Shown one piece after another: positions 9,202-19,233 of a stretch of 47,233 nt of DNA; within the stretch, counting starts at the first letter, position 1, and the number at the start of each line of letters is the position of its first letter. Below the pieces are notes generated by a model that made no database searches, was not told the origin of the DNA, and was given only the letters and a program-made list of their open reading frames with translations. The position numbers and the translations under genes are program-made. The DNA comes from Dehalococcoidia bacterium (GTDB taxonomy: Bacteria; Chloroflexota; Dehalococcoidia; Lucifugimonadales; UBA3495): assembly GCA_030740155.1 (NCBI GenBank), contig JASLXV010000014.1, positions 1-47,233 on the forward strand, given 5' to 3'.

Positions 9202-10239
9202 TTGGCAGTCGCATTAGAGGCAACAACCTCAAAGGGTTCCAAGATATGGGCTTTTCTGGGCCAGGTGAGGCAAGCTCGGCTCCCCTGGATGCCTATCATC
9301 ATCATGTCAGTGGTGGTGATATGCGCCATCTTCGCGCCGTTCATCGCTCCCCATGATCCGGGCGCCGATGGCATTGATCTGAAAAACAAGAAGCGGCCTC
9401 CGGCCATGTTCGGCGGCGAGAACGTATTAAAGACAGTGGTGGATGAGGTCGAACTGGGGAAAGGCAACGTCCTCATAAGCCTCAAAGACGCACAGAAGCT
9501 CGATAGCAATGCTAAGCTAGGCGACGAGGTCAGCATCGTCAAGAAGCAGGGGGGTACCTTCACGTATCCCCTGGGCACCGACCGGCTGGGGCGGGACATG
9601 CTGAGCCGACTGATCTACGGCGCCAGGACCTCGGCTACCATCAGCCTGGTGGCGCTGGGCGCCGGAGCCGTGATCGGGACTGTCTTGGGCTTGATCGCCG
9701 GGTACAAGGGCGGCTTGGTCGACACCGTCATCATGCGGATCACCGATGCCGCCATGGGCTTCCCCACTATCCTGGCCGCGATGATCATTGTCACCATTCT
9801 GGGCGCCGGCGTCGTGAACATAATTCTGGCCATCATGGTGACCGTGTGGGCCCGGTTTTCCCGCATGATTCGCGGTGAGGTGTTGAACGTCAGGAACCGG
9901 GACTTCGTGATGGTGGCCAAAATAACCGGCGTGTCCGGGCCGGTGATACTCTGGCGCCACATCTTCCCCAACGTGCTGAACACCCTGCTCATCATCGCAA
10001 CCCTGCTGGTAGGCCAGACAATCCTTCTGGAGGCTTCCCTCAGCTTCCTGGGCCTGGGCCTGGAACCCGGGGCGGCAGCCTGGGGCCTGATGGTCGCCGA
10101 GGGCCGGGACGTTCTGATAGACATGTGGTGGCTGGCGTTGTTCCCGGGCCTGGTCATCACGGCGGTGGTGATGGCGTTCAACTACTTCGGCGACTGGCTG
10201 AGAGACAGCCTGGACCCGAAACTCCGGCGAATGGGTTAA
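9202..10239 (+). CDS. dppC: Peptide ABC transporter permease (DppC/OppC type) with ~40-aa insertion in the first external loop
   Basis: FAPFIAPHDP, PLGTDRLGRDMLSRLIYGAR, HIFPNV, EASLSFLGLG, GDWLRDSLDPK; TTG start after GGAGG. Confidence 0.92.
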   Translation: MAVALEATTSKGSKIWAFLGQVRQARLPWMPIIIMSVVVICAIFAPFIAPHDPGADGIDLKNKKRPPAMFGGENVLKTVVDEVELGKGNVLISLKDAQKLDSNAKLGDEVSIVKKQGGTFTYPLGTDRLGRDMLSRLIYGARTSATISLVALGAGAVIGTVLGLIAGYKGGLVDTVIMRITDAAMGFPTILAAMIIVTILGAGVVNIILAIMVTVWARFSRMIRGEVLNVRNRDFVMVAKITGVSGPVILWRHIFPNVLNTLLIIATLLVGQTILLEASLSFLGLGLEPGAAAWGLMVAEGRDVLIDMWWLALFPGLVITAVVMAFNYFGDWLRDSLDPKLRRMG

Positions 10240-10260
10240 TCCACAGGAAGGTTAGCGCAA

Positions 10261-11250
10261 ATGGAAGATGATGTAGTCCTGAAAGTAGAGGACTTGCGGA
10301 CTTACTTCTTCACCCGCAGCGGGATCGTCAAGGCAGTTGACGGGATCAGCTTCGAGATGAGGAAGGGAGAGACCCTCGGCGTCGTCGGCGAGTCTGGGTC
10401 GGGCAAGAGCATGACCGCTTGGTCCATCCTGGGGTTGGTCCCCCAGCCTGCCGGCCGCATCGTAAGCGGTAAGATCTGGTACATGGGCGAGAACTTGCTG
10501 GAAAAATCCCAGGCCGAGATGCGGGAAATTCGGGGCTCGGGCCTGTGCATGGTAATGCAGGACCCGCTCACCTCGCTCAATCCGGTGTTCAGCATCGGAA
10601 ACCAGCTCATCGAGTGCCTGCGGATGGATTCGTCCCAGCCCGCCAAGAGCATCCGCAGCAGGGCGGCGGGCCTGCTGGCCAAGGTGAACATTCCGGCGCC
10701 CGAGACGCGCCTTTCCGCTTTCCCCCACCAGCTTAGCGGCGGCATGCGCCAGCGGGTGGTGGGCGCCATCGCCATCTCCCGCTCGCCAAACGTCCTGATC
10801 GCGGACGAGCCGACGACCTCTCTGGACGCGACCATTCAACTCCAGTACCTGAAACTGCTCAATGAGATTCAAGCCGAGACCGGCACGGCCATAATATTCA
10901 TTACCCACGACCTGGGCATTATTGCCCGCATGTGCAACCGGGTGGCCGTAATGTACGCCGGTAGAATCGTCGAACTTGCGGAAGTGAACGAGCTGTTCGA
11001 TAACGCGGTCCATCCTTACACCGAGGCCCTGCTGAAATCCATCCCCGACCTGGATGTTGACCTGGAACACCTGCCATCGATCGAAGGCCAGCCACCTTCC
11101 CTGGACAACTTGCCAACCGGCTGCGCCTTCGCTCCCCGCTGCCCATACGCCTTTGACAAATGCGAGGAATACCCTCCCAGCTTTGCTATCGGCCCGGGCC
11201 ACGTATCGTCCTGCTGGAGGCACAACGGTGCACACTCACCCGTCGAATAA
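10261..11250 (+). CDS. dppD: Peptide ABC transporter ATP-binding protein (DppD)
   Basis: Walker A GESGSGKS, LSGGMRQR, IADEPTT, HPYT, C-terminal GCAFAPRC. Confidence 0.94.
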   Translation: MEDDVVLKVEDLRTYFFTRSGIVKAVDGISFEMRKGETLGVVGESGSGKSMTAWSILGLVPQPAGRIVSGKIWYMGENLLEKSQAEMREIRGSGLCMVMQDPLTSLNPVFSIGNQLIECLRMDSSQPAKSIRSRAAGLLAKVNIPAPETRLSAFPHQLSGGMRQRVVGAIAISRSPNVLIADEPTTSLDATIQLQYLKLLNEIQAETGTAIIFITHDLGIIARMCNRVAVMYAGRIVELAEVNELFDNAVHPYTEALLKSIPDLDVDLEHLPSIEGQPPSLDNLPTGCAFAPRCPYAFDKCEEYPPSFAIGPGHVSSCWRHNGAHSPVE

Positions 11251-12262
11251 CGAAACTGCCCTAATCCGCGTTGAGGACGCAAAGAAATATTACCGGATGA
11301 CCAAAGGGACCGTCATTCGGAAGACCCTCGGCACGGTGAAGGCGGTAGATGGGATTTCCTTCACCATCCCCGAGGGGCAGACCTACAGCCTGGTCGGAGA
11401 ATCGGGCTGCGGCAAAACCACGACTTCTCGCTTGATCCTGATGGTAGAGCCGCCCTCTGAAGGGAACGTCTACTTTCAAGGCAAATCGATGCAGCGGTTC
11501 ACCGGGGCGGAGCGGCGGGAGTTCCGCCGCTCGGTCCAGGCGGTCTTTCAAGACCCGTGGAGTTCGCTCAACCCAAGGATGCGGGTGGACTCCATCATCT
11601 CCGAGCCACTGATTACCCACTGGCGGGTGACCAAACAGGAAGTCAAGACCCGGGTCTTGGAGCTTCTGCAAGTGGTGGGGCTCCATCCCTATCATGCCAG
11701 CCGGTATCCCCATGAGTTCAGCGGTGGCCAGCGCCAGCGCATCGCCATCGCCCGGGCCCTGTCCAGCCAGCCCGCGCTGATGGTCTTGGATGAGCCGGTC
11801 TCGGCGTTGGACGTATCGATCCGGGCCCAAATAATGAACCTGCTCAAGGAACTGCAGGAGACCTACAAGTTGACCTACCTGCTCATCGCCCACAACTTGG
11901 CCACGGTGCGGTACATGAGCCACCAGGTTGGCGTGATGTACCTGGGCAAGATCGTGGAAGAGTCGGCCCCTGTCGAGGTGTTCACCAACCCCCTGCATCC
12001 CTACACCAAAGCGCTGATCTCAGCATCGCTGCCCGCCCACCCGCAGAAGCAACGGGAAGAGATCGTGCTGTCCGGCGAAGTCCCATCACCCTTGAATATA
12101 CCTTCCGGGTGCACCTTCCATCCTCGGTGCCCTTTCGTGATGGACCGATGCTCCCTGGAGATCCCCCAGTTCTTGGAGACCGGCTCCGACCACCGGGTGT
12201 CTTGTCACCTTTACACCTCGGCGCAAGGGGCAAGCACCACGGGAATCGCCTCGGGTTCCTAG
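11228..12262 (+). CDS. dppF: Peptide ABC transporter ATP-binding protein (DppF)
   Basis: GESGCGKTT, YPHEFSGGQRQR, LDEPVSALDVS, GCTFHPRCP; GTG 11228 after GGAGG overlapping the dppD end. Confidence 0.93.
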   Translation: MHTHPSNNETALIRVEDAKKYYRMTKGTVIRKTLGTVKAVDGISFTIPEGQTYSLVGESGCGKTTTSRLILMVEPPSEGNVYFQGKSMQRFTGAERREFRRSVQAVFQDPWSSLNPRMRVDSIISEPLITHWRVTKQEVKTRVLELLQVVGLHPYHASRYPHEFSGGQRQRIAIARALSSQPALMVLDEPVSALDVSIRAQIMNLLKELQETYKLTYLLIAHNLATVRYMSHQVGVMYLGKIVEESAPVEVFTNPLHPYTKALISASLPAHPQKQREEIVLSGEVPSPLNIPSGCTFHPRCPFVMDRCSLEIPQFLETGSDHRVSCHLYTSAQGASTTGIASGS

Positions 12263-12461
12263 CCAGGTTGATGACCGCATAGGCGGGCTCGGCGCCCTCT
12301 CGCCGAAGCCTGCCTGGGGCCGCGCCGCCGCCACGTCCCAAGATCCCGCCGGGCCTCGGGCAGCTCCTCGCGGGTGGCTGCCGCGGAGGGGTCACCCCGG
12401 ATCAATCCTCTCCCTCAGGTCTCTCCCTCAGGCGTCATATACCCTTTCCCCGGCCCTATGA

Positions 12462-14168
12462 CTAGGGCGCCGTGTCTTTAAGTTGTTCGGGGCTCAGCTT
12501 ATACGCGTCCGCCGCCACCCGAGGGGACAGCTTGCCTTCCTGCACGTCGCGAAGGATGTCGTCCAGGGCCCGTTCACTGGGCCGGCCGTAGCCGCCGGCG
12601 CCCGGAGTAACGAACCGAATGGCCTCCCCGGCCTTGAGCAGAAGGTCGTACTCCTTGGGGGTGAGTTCCTGCTCCTCCGGCGTGCCGGCGTTGCGCACCA
12701 CCCGGCAGCGGCCTCCGCTCAGCCCACCCTGCAAGCCCCAGGGAGCGATCAGGTTTCGGTCGCCCTTGGTGCGCACCCGGATATCGTCGGTGAGCACCTT
12801 GTACTGCCGGATGATCCCCAGGCCCCCGCGATGCCGGCCCGGCCCTCCGGAATCGGCTGCCAGCTCGTATTGCTCCACCATCATCGGGTATTCGAGTTCC
12901 AGGGCTTCGACCGGCAGGTTGGAGGTGTTGGTCGTATGCACCTGCACACCGTCGGCGCCGTCGTTGTGGGTGCTGGCTCCCATGCCGCCTCCCAGGGTCT
13001 CGATGTAGGCGTAGTAGCTCCCGTCCTCGCGGTACCCCAGGAAATAGACGCCGCACACGGCCCCGTTGCTGGCCGCCACCACCCTTTCCGGATCGGCCCG
13101 GGCCAGGGCTCCCAGCACCACCTCCACCACCCGTTGGGCGGTGTCCGAACGAAAGAGACACGGCGCCGGTGGCGCGCAATTCACGATGGTGCCCTTCGGC
13201 GCCAAAACCTGCACCGTTCGGTAGAAGCCCGTGTTGGCCGGCAGCGTCGGGTCGACAACCGCTTTCAGTGAGTAGTAAACCCCGGCCAGGGTGGCGTAGT
13301 ACGGCAGGTTGATGGGGCCGCGGACCTGGGGCGAGGACCCGGTGAAATCACAGAGGATCCGATCATCCCCCACCGTCAACGCCACGGTGATTGGCACCGG
13401 TTCCGAGCCGAGACCGTCGTTGTCCATATAGTCGGTGAAGCGGTAGGTCCCCGGGGGAATGGATCGAATCCCCTGGATGGCCTGGATCTCGGCCTGCTCT
13501 TCGAGGCGCTTCAGGCAAGAGAAGAACACGTCCTCAGGGTACTTCGAAGTCAGCTCACCCAACCGTTGGAGGCCCGTCTCCACCGAAGCCGCCTGGGCCC
13601 GCAGGTCCGCCTGACGTTCGTCGGGGAGGCGGCAATTGAGGAGGATGAAGTCCATGATGTCCTGGCGAAACTTGCCCTCCTGATACAACCGGACCAGGGG
13701 AATCCGCAGCCCCTCGGTGTAGATGTCCAGCGTCTGCGAGGGAGCGCCCCCGACCTCGGCGTGATGCGCCACGTTGGCGGCGAACCCCACCAGCTTGCCC
13801 CAGGCGAAGAACGGGGCCGCCACGGTTATGTCGGGGAGGTGTGTCCCGCCCCCCGAGTAAGGGTCGTTGGTGATGAACACGTCGCCGGGGCGGATTTCCG
13901 ATTCCGGGTACCGCTGGATGATGGCCTGCCCCAGCCCCAACATGGAGCCCATGTGCAGGGGAACGTGGGACGCCTGGGCGATGGTGCCCCCCCTGGCGTC
14001 GAGGATCGCCGACGACGAGTCCCGGCGCTCCTTGATATTGGCGGAATAGGACGCCCGAACCAGTATCTCGCCCATCTCCTCCGCCGCCGCCAGCAGCGAG
14101 CTGCCCACCACCTCGGTGGTGATGGGGTCGGGGAACTGGGGCGTAGCGGCCCGCTTTGGTTTCACCAC
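12462..14168 (-). CDS. hyuB: Hydantoinase B / 5-oxoprolinase beta subunit
   Basis: DPITTEV, SANIKERRD, HVPLHMGS, NDPYSGGGTHLPD, HHAEVGG, SGGPGRHRGG, TPGAGGYG. Confidence 0.92.
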   Translation of the reverse strand: MVKPKRAATPQFPDPITTEVVGSSLLAAAEEMGEILVRASYSANIKERRDSSSAILDARGGTIAQASHVPLHMGSMLGLGQAIIQRYPESEIRPGDVFITNDPYSGGGTHLPDITVAAPFFAWGKLVGFAANVAHHAEVGGAPSQTLDIYTEGLRIPLVRLYQEGKFRQDIMDFILLNCRLPDERQADLRAQAASVETGLQRLGELTSKYPEDVFFSCLKRLEEQAEIQAIQGIRSIPPGTYRFTDYMDNDGLGSEPVPITVALTVGDDRILCDFTGSSPQVRGPINLPYYATLAGVYYSLKAVVDPTLPANTGFYRTVQVLAPKGTIVNCAPPAPCLFRSDTAQRVVEVVLGALARADPERVVAASNGAVCGVYFLGYREDGSYYAYIETLGGGMGASTHNDGADGVQVHTTNTSNLPVEALELEYPMMVEQYELAADSGGPGRHRGGLGIIRQYKVLTDDIRVRTKGDRNLIAPWGLQGGLSGGRCRVVRNAGTPEEQELTPKEYDLLLKAGEAIRFVTPGAGGYGRPSERALDDILRDVQEGKLSPRVAADAYKLSPEQLKDTAP

Positions 14169-14188
14169 GATCTTGACCTCATTAAAAC

Positions 14189-16240
14189 TCAGGGAGAGAG
14201 AATCAGATTTCCGTACCCGTCCACTTCGCCTTGCTCCTCCGGAGCCACCAGGGTGGTAGAGTCCATCTGCTCAACGATGGCCGGTCCCCGCAGCGTGCTG
14301 CCCGCCGGCAGTTCGTCACGGCGGTACACCGGCGTCGAGACGAAGCCCTCTCCCCACCACACCTCCCGGTACTCGAAGGGCGCCGGGCCGCCGGGGGAGT
14401 CAACGGTCCGGGTATTGGGTCGGGGCCTGGGCTTCGGTATGGTCGCCAGGGCGGTTGCCCTCAGGTTCACCAGCTGGACCGTTGCCTGGTCGGCCCGGTA
14501 GCCGTAGGCGCGCCGGTGCTCCTCATGGAACCCCTCGACCAGCTCCTGAAGTAGACCGGCATGCCACGGCGCCGGGGCTGCCGAAACCGGCAACTCGTAG
14601 TTCTGGCCGACGTATCGCAGGTCTGCCGAGAACTCGACGGCGCGCTCCTCCGCGTCCTCCGCTTCCGCATCGAGCCAGGCTTCAGCCCTCTCCTTCAGGC
14701 CCGAAAGCAGGTTGTTCACCTCATTCAAATCGGCGTCGAGAAGGGGCGAGACGCAGGTCTGAACATAGTCGGTCCGCATATCGGTGGCCAGGAGCCCCTG
14801 GGCGCAGAGTATCCCCGGCGCCGGGGGCACCACCACCCGGGTGATGCCCAGCTGCTGCGCCACCTCCGACGCGTGCAGCGGGCCGGCCCCGCCAAAAGCC
14901 ACCAGCGTGAACTCCCGGGGATCGTGACCTCGCTGGACGGAGACGGTGCGGATTGCCAGGACCGTATTGGTGTTGACGATCCGGATAATGCCCGCGGCCG
15001 CCTCCAACGGCTCCATTCCCAGGGGCTGAGCCACGTGGCGCCGGATGGCCGCCAACGCCAAATCCGGATAGAGCGGCATGCGGCCCGCCAGGAGGCCGCG
15101 GGGGCTCAGCCGGCCCAATACCAGGTTCGCATCGGTCACCGTCGGCTGCTCTCCGCCCTGGCCGTACGCCGTCGGGCCCGGACGGGCCCCGGCGCTCTGG
15201 GGGCCCACCTTGAGCCTCCCCCCCGCGTCGATCCACGCGATGCTGCCTCCACCGGCCCCCACGGAGTTGACATCTACCATGGGGGTCCGCACCGGGGTCC
15301 CGCCGATCTCCTTTTCATGCACCATGGATATCGCGGCCCGCCGGACCAGGCAAACGTCGGTGCTGGTCCCGCCCATATCGAAGGTGATGGCGTTCTCGGT
15401 GCCCGCCAACCGGGCCACGTGCAACCCGCCAACTACACCGGCACTGGGCCCGGAGAAGAGAGTGTTGGCCGGCCGCTCCTGGGCGCCCCGCAGCGTCATT
15501 ACCCCGCCGTTGGACTGCATGATGTAGGGCGGCCGCCGGCACCCCAGCTGCTCCAGCCTGCCGCTGATGTTGCCCAGGTAGGCCTCCATGGACGGACCCA
15601 GCGCGGCGTTGCACACCGTGGTGCTCAGACGCTCGAACTCCCGGAATTCGGGCAGCACCCGGTGCGACAGCCAGATGGACCGGCCCGGGATCACCTCCCT
15701 GGCCAGTTCCTCGACCCGCAGCTCGTGACTCGGATTGAGAAAGCTGAACAGGAAGCACACCGCCACCGATTTCACGCCGGCCTGGCCCAGCCGTGCCAGG
15801 GCGTCCCGCGCCTTCTCCTCATCCAAGGGGGCCAGGGCTTTGCCCTCGGCGTTGACCCGCTCGGGCACCCCCAGGCGGAGATGGCGGGGCACCAGAGGCG
15901 TCGGCAGTTGAAAGAACAGGTCGAACAACATAGACCGGCGTTGCCGCCGGAGTTCCAGCAGGTCCCGGAACCCTTCGGTGGTTATGATGCCCACGGGGGC
16001 GGTTCGCCCCTGCAGCATTGCGTTTATGGCGATGGTGCTGCCCAAGGCCACGTACACCAGGTCTTTCGGAGCCACCTTCTGCTGCGCCAGCAGCGCGGCC
16101 AGCCCCGTGGAGATACCCTGGGTCTGGTCCTCTGGGATGGTGGGGCTTTTATGCACCCAACTCTCTTGGGAGTCCTCGTCAAAGAGGACAAAATCGGTGA
16201 AGGTGCCCCCAACATCAACGCCCAGCCGGCAACGACTCAA
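14189..16240 (-). CDS. hyuA: Hydantoinase A / 5-oxoprolinase alpha subunit
   Basis: GVDVGGTFTD, SGPSAGV, FDMGGTSTD, GAGGGS, PTVTDAN, AFGGAGPLH; TTG 16240 after GGGAGGG. Confidence 0.92.
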   Translation of the reverse strand: MSRCRLGVDVGGTFTDFVLFDEDSQESWVHKSPTIPEDQTQGISTGLAALLAQQKVAPKDLVYVALGSTIAINAMLQGRTAPVGIITTEGFRDLLELRRQRRSMLFDLFFQLPTPLVPRHLRLGVPERVNAEGKALAPLDEEKARDALARLGQAGVKSVAVCFLFSFLNPSHELRVEELAREVIPGRSIWLSHRVLPEFREFERLSTTVCNAALGPSMEAYLGNISGRLEQLGCRRPPYIMQSNGGVMTLRGAQERPANTLFSGPSAGVVGGLHVARLAGTENAITFDMGGTSTDVCLVRRAAISMVHEKEIGGTPVRTPMVDVNSVGAGGGSIAWIDAGGRLKVGPQSAGARPGPTAYGQGGEQPTVTDANLVLGRLSPRGLLAGRMPLYPDLALAAIRRHVAQPLGMEPLEAAAGIIRIVNTNTVLAIRTVSVQRGHDPREFTLVAFGGAGPLHASEVAQQLGITRVVVPPAPGILCAQGLLATDMRTDYVQTCVSPLLDADLNEVNNLLSGLKERAEAWLDAEAEDAEERAVEFSADLRYVGQNYELPVSAAPAPWHAGLLQELVEGFHEEHRRAYGYRADQATVQLVNLRATALATIPKPRPRPNTRTVDSPGGPAPFEYREVWWGEGFVSTPVYRRDELPAGSTLRGPAIVEQMDSTTLVAPEEQGEVDGYGNLILSP

Positions 16241-16476
16241 TACATCCCTCCCCAAGAAGACTCCGAATATGGAGCCGGCGAGTCTTCTCGCCCCCGGAGG
16301 GGATCGGGAAGCCGCCACGGATCTCTCAACGGCCAACGAGGCCAGCACCGCTGACCCCGTTCCCGCGCGATTATACCCCAACACCGAGTCTCGTGGATTC
16401 GTCAGGGCGGGCGGCCCGAAGGGAGCAGTGTCTACTGGGTCGGCGCTAGACGGCGCCGAAGGTCACGGCCGCCAGG

Positions 16477-16505
16477 TTGACATCGTGCGACCCTGGGTGT
16501 AGTTT
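16477..16505 (+). promoter_or_regulatory. Putative sigma70 promoter for nnrE
   Basis: TTGACA (16477-16482), 17-nt spacer, TAGTTT (16500-16505). Confidence 0.45.
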
Positions 16506-16600
16506 TGGTGCCGCCATCATCGAGTGCGGTATGACATTACCCTCGAAGATGCGACTTGTGCCGGTTGGTGACACCGAGCTTCGAAGCGCTGGGGGGCCGG

Positions 16601-17340
16601 ATGCAACTACCAACCTATCGGGGCGATGTGCCGTACCTGACCACCAGCCAGATGATTAAAGTCGACCGGGCGATGCTGGAAGACTGCAAGATCGACCTGG
16701 TCCGGACGATGGAAAACGCCGGCCGCAATTTGGCGCACCTGGCGCGGGTCCGCTTCCTCGAGGGCGACCTTCGCGGCAGAAGGGTGGCCGTGCTGGCGGG
16801 CCCAGGCGGGAACGGCGGAGGGGCGCTGGTTTGCGCGCGGCGATTGCACAACTACGGCGCACTGGTCAGCGTGTTCGTGACCGGCCCCGGCGAGGGTTTC
16901 GCACCGGTTCCGGCCCAGCAGATGGACATCCTTCACCGCATGCGGGTGCCCGTCGTCCCGGCCGCCGGGGTGGCAGGCGCAAACACTCCGGACCTGATAA
17001 TCGACGGGGTGATCGGTCACAGCCTGCGAGGCGCCCCCGGGCCGCGGCGGGCGACCTTATCCGGTGGGCCAATGAGCAGGGGGCTCCGATTCTATCCCTC
17101 GACGTCCCATCGGGGGTCGATACGGCCACCGGCGCGGTTTTCGACCCGGCGGTCCGGGCCACCGCGACCATGACGCTGGCTCTCCCCAAAGAAGGGCTGC
17201 GCGCGCCCGGAGCCGGAGATCAGGTGGGAGAGCTGTATCTTGCGGATATCAGCGTACCGCCCTCTCTCTATGCCGGGCCGAGCCTGGGCCTTCAGGTTGG
17301 GAACCTATTTGCGGAGAGCGACATCATCCGGCTGAGTTGA
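16601..17340 (+). pseudogene. nnrE: NAD(P)H-hydrate epimerase (YjeF N-domain), one frameshift near 17034-17040
   Basis: MENAGRNLA, GPGGNGGGALVCARRL, IIDGVIG in one frame; LSLDVPSG, ATMTLALPK, GELYLADISVP in the next; one added base in the GCCCCCGG run restores 246 aa. Confidence 0.85.
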
Positions 17341-17393
17341 GGCCGGCGAGTTAGCTTCATAATCCCGGCGTTGGCAACCCGGCGACGGACAAA

Positions 17394-17442
17394 TCCCCTT
17401 TCAGCCCCCAATCAGCAAATGGGGACCGAAAGGGGTTCTTTT
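17394..17442. terminator. Hairpin between convergent genes, probable intrinsic terminator
   Basis: CCCCTTTC...GAAAGGGG stem with inner CCCC/GGGG, followed by TTCTTTT. Confidence 0.55.
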
Positions 17443-17523
17443 CACCATCAATGCCTTGGATCAACTTCAGCGGTCCCCGCGACGATCGACTGGTCCCCTG
17501 CACTGGGGGCCGGACCGCGTTGA

Positions 17524-17739
17524 TTAGCCTTGTCTCTGCGAAGTCAGGAAGCTGGAGATCTCTTCAGGCCGGAAACGGCGGTCGCCGCGTAGGCCGATCC
17601 GGTACGATGGAAGCAGCCCCATGTCGGCCCACCGGCGCACCGAGTTGATGTGGGCGCCCAACAGGTTGGCGGCCTCCGAGACCGTGAGCATCTTCAGCCC
17701 GATCGGGAGAAACTCTGCCGGCTGGTGAATGGCTACCAA
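17524..17739 (-). CDS. Small excisionase/MerR-type helix-turn-helix DNA-binding protein
   Basis: MLTVSEAANLLGAHINSVRRWADMGLLPSYRIGLRGDRRF matches the HTH_17 pattern; AGGAGG RBS before TTG. Confidence 0.88.
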   Translation of the reverse strand: MVAIHQPAEFLPIGLKMLTVSEAANLLGAHINSVRRWADMGLLPSYRIGLRGDRRFRPEEISSFLTSQRQG

Positions 17740-18123
17740 GTTTGGCCTCCTGCGGCTCCTTTCTTCGCCTCAGAGTAACAGGCTGCGGCCACGGGCACTA
17801 TCGGGCTGGACCCCAAACCCTCTACAAGCAAACCCTCAATACCGTGGGCTTTACGGCCCGCTGGCCTCATTGCATCGGAGGGATGGTTTCGTTCGCTCTG
17901 CACAGGTGTGGTTGATACAGTAGTTCGATGCCTGGCCGTCGGATGCCACCCGAACGAGTAGGCACGGGCCCGGCCATGTTCCACGCCGGCATTACTATCG
18001 CGGAGACAAGCCGGAAACTGTCGCCAAACTTTGACTTCCCGCCACCGTTACATGCCGCCATTTGGAAATGGGTTGCGGACTACACCCGCCTGAAGACCCC
18101 GGAGGAGGGCGTCCCCCTTTTCC

Positions 18124-18759
18124 TCAAGGGCCAGACCACCGGAACTCGCTGTAGAGGCCATGTTTCCCGGTCCCTTCGAACTGCAGTTCCTTGTCCTGTA
18201 TCCGGTAGGTGGAGCGGGCCAACACGTGCTCCCGGCCGTGGATCACGTTGAACAGGTTTATGAGCTTGGCGACGCCCTTGCGGTCCGCACCCCGTATCGC
18301 CTCAACCTCCAGGCGTACCACGTCGTCGCCGCCCAATATCCGAAGCGTTCGTTTACGCGACTCCTTGGTGAAAATGAATTGCACCTTGTGCACCGACTCG
18401 AACTTACCATCGGTGTAGAATGACGCGATCTTGGCCCACGGGCCGCCCACTTCACCGGAGAAGACCTTGAGCAGGGCGTGCTCCTGCTCCGGCGACACCG
18501 ATTGGTCCAGATACAAAACTGCCCGCCAGTTTCCATCGGCCATGGTCGGGCCCGGGCAAGAGGCCACCACCGCGGCGTTCAACCCATCCAGTGAGGCGCC
18601 GGAACAGTTCCCCTCCGCGAGGTGCACCCCCCAAATTGCATCGCAATTCCCATAGCTGGGCTTCTGCTGGAAGGACACGTGGCACGGGCAAAGCAACTCG
18701 CAGTTGCATCCCTCGAACAAGCTGCCGGCGGCCGACCAGCTTGTCTCCGCTGATGTCAT
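18124..18759 (-). CDS. DUF1326-type Cys-motif (putative metal-binding) protein
   Basis: W...G..FEGCNCELLCPC...GNC, DGLN, GNW...YLD, FSGEVGGPW; ATG 18759 after GGAGG. Confidence 0.8.
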   Translation of the reverse strand: MTSAETSWSAAGSLFEGCNCELLCPCHVSFQQKPSYGNCDAIWGVHLAEGNCSGASLDGLNAAVVASCPGPTMADGNWRAVLYLDQSVSPEQEHALLKVFSGEVGGPWAKIASFYTDGKFESVHKVQFIFTKESRKRTLRILGGDDVVRLEVEAIRGADRKGVAKLINLFNVIHGREHVLARSTYRIQDKELQFEGTGKHGLYSEFRWSGP

Positions 18760-19233
18760 CGTAGCCTCCTCCGGCGAGATTGGGGTCTCGCTTGGCGCTT
18801 CTGAACCGGCCGCGTTCATTCCGGCCTTGGCCCCGGCTCCCTCCCGTCGGCATCGAGCTTCTTTCCTCGACCGTGGCCACTTTTTGATTGTAGCACGGCC
18901 CGGTCGCCGGTCCCCGGCCCCCGCGAATAACGCCGCGCCGATAATGCCCAGCCGGCTATTCTGCCGGGGCCCCGGCAGCCCGGCGGAGCGCGATGCCACA
19001 GCAGAGAGCCGAAGCCGCCCAAACCCCGAGCATCAGCAGGATCAACGGCGCGAGCAGAAAGACGGAGACGGAACACGAAGGGTCGGCGCCCTGTCCACCA
19101 TTGCCAGCGGCGAGAGGATCACCAGGAGCAGCGGCCAGAGAGGCCGGTCCAGTCTCGCGGCAGCCTCCGATCGTTGGCGGAGTGTCGTGGCCGGCCTACC
19201 AAAAAGATAAGGTCTGCGAGCAAGCTCTTCCTC

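Noticed and set aside
14561..16354. Long antisense or alternative-frame ORFs (also 5756-6895, 6603-7829, 24572-26122, 26990-28495, 28534-30111)
   Set aside because: Shadow ORFs of GC-rich genes, with no motifs, overlapping well-supported genes
17524..17739. Prophage or integrative element marked by an excisionase
   Set aside because: No integrase, tRNA attachment site or phage genes nearby
17830..17870. c-di-GMP-I riboswitch
   Set aside because: Only one short segment resembles it; the GNRA-capped P2 and closing P1 were not found
18950..19170. Hydrophobic coding-like fragments on the minus strand (LLAPLILLMLGVWAA; PLWPLLLVILSPLA)
   Set aside because: No consistent frame, start or recognisable family; at most a decayed remnant
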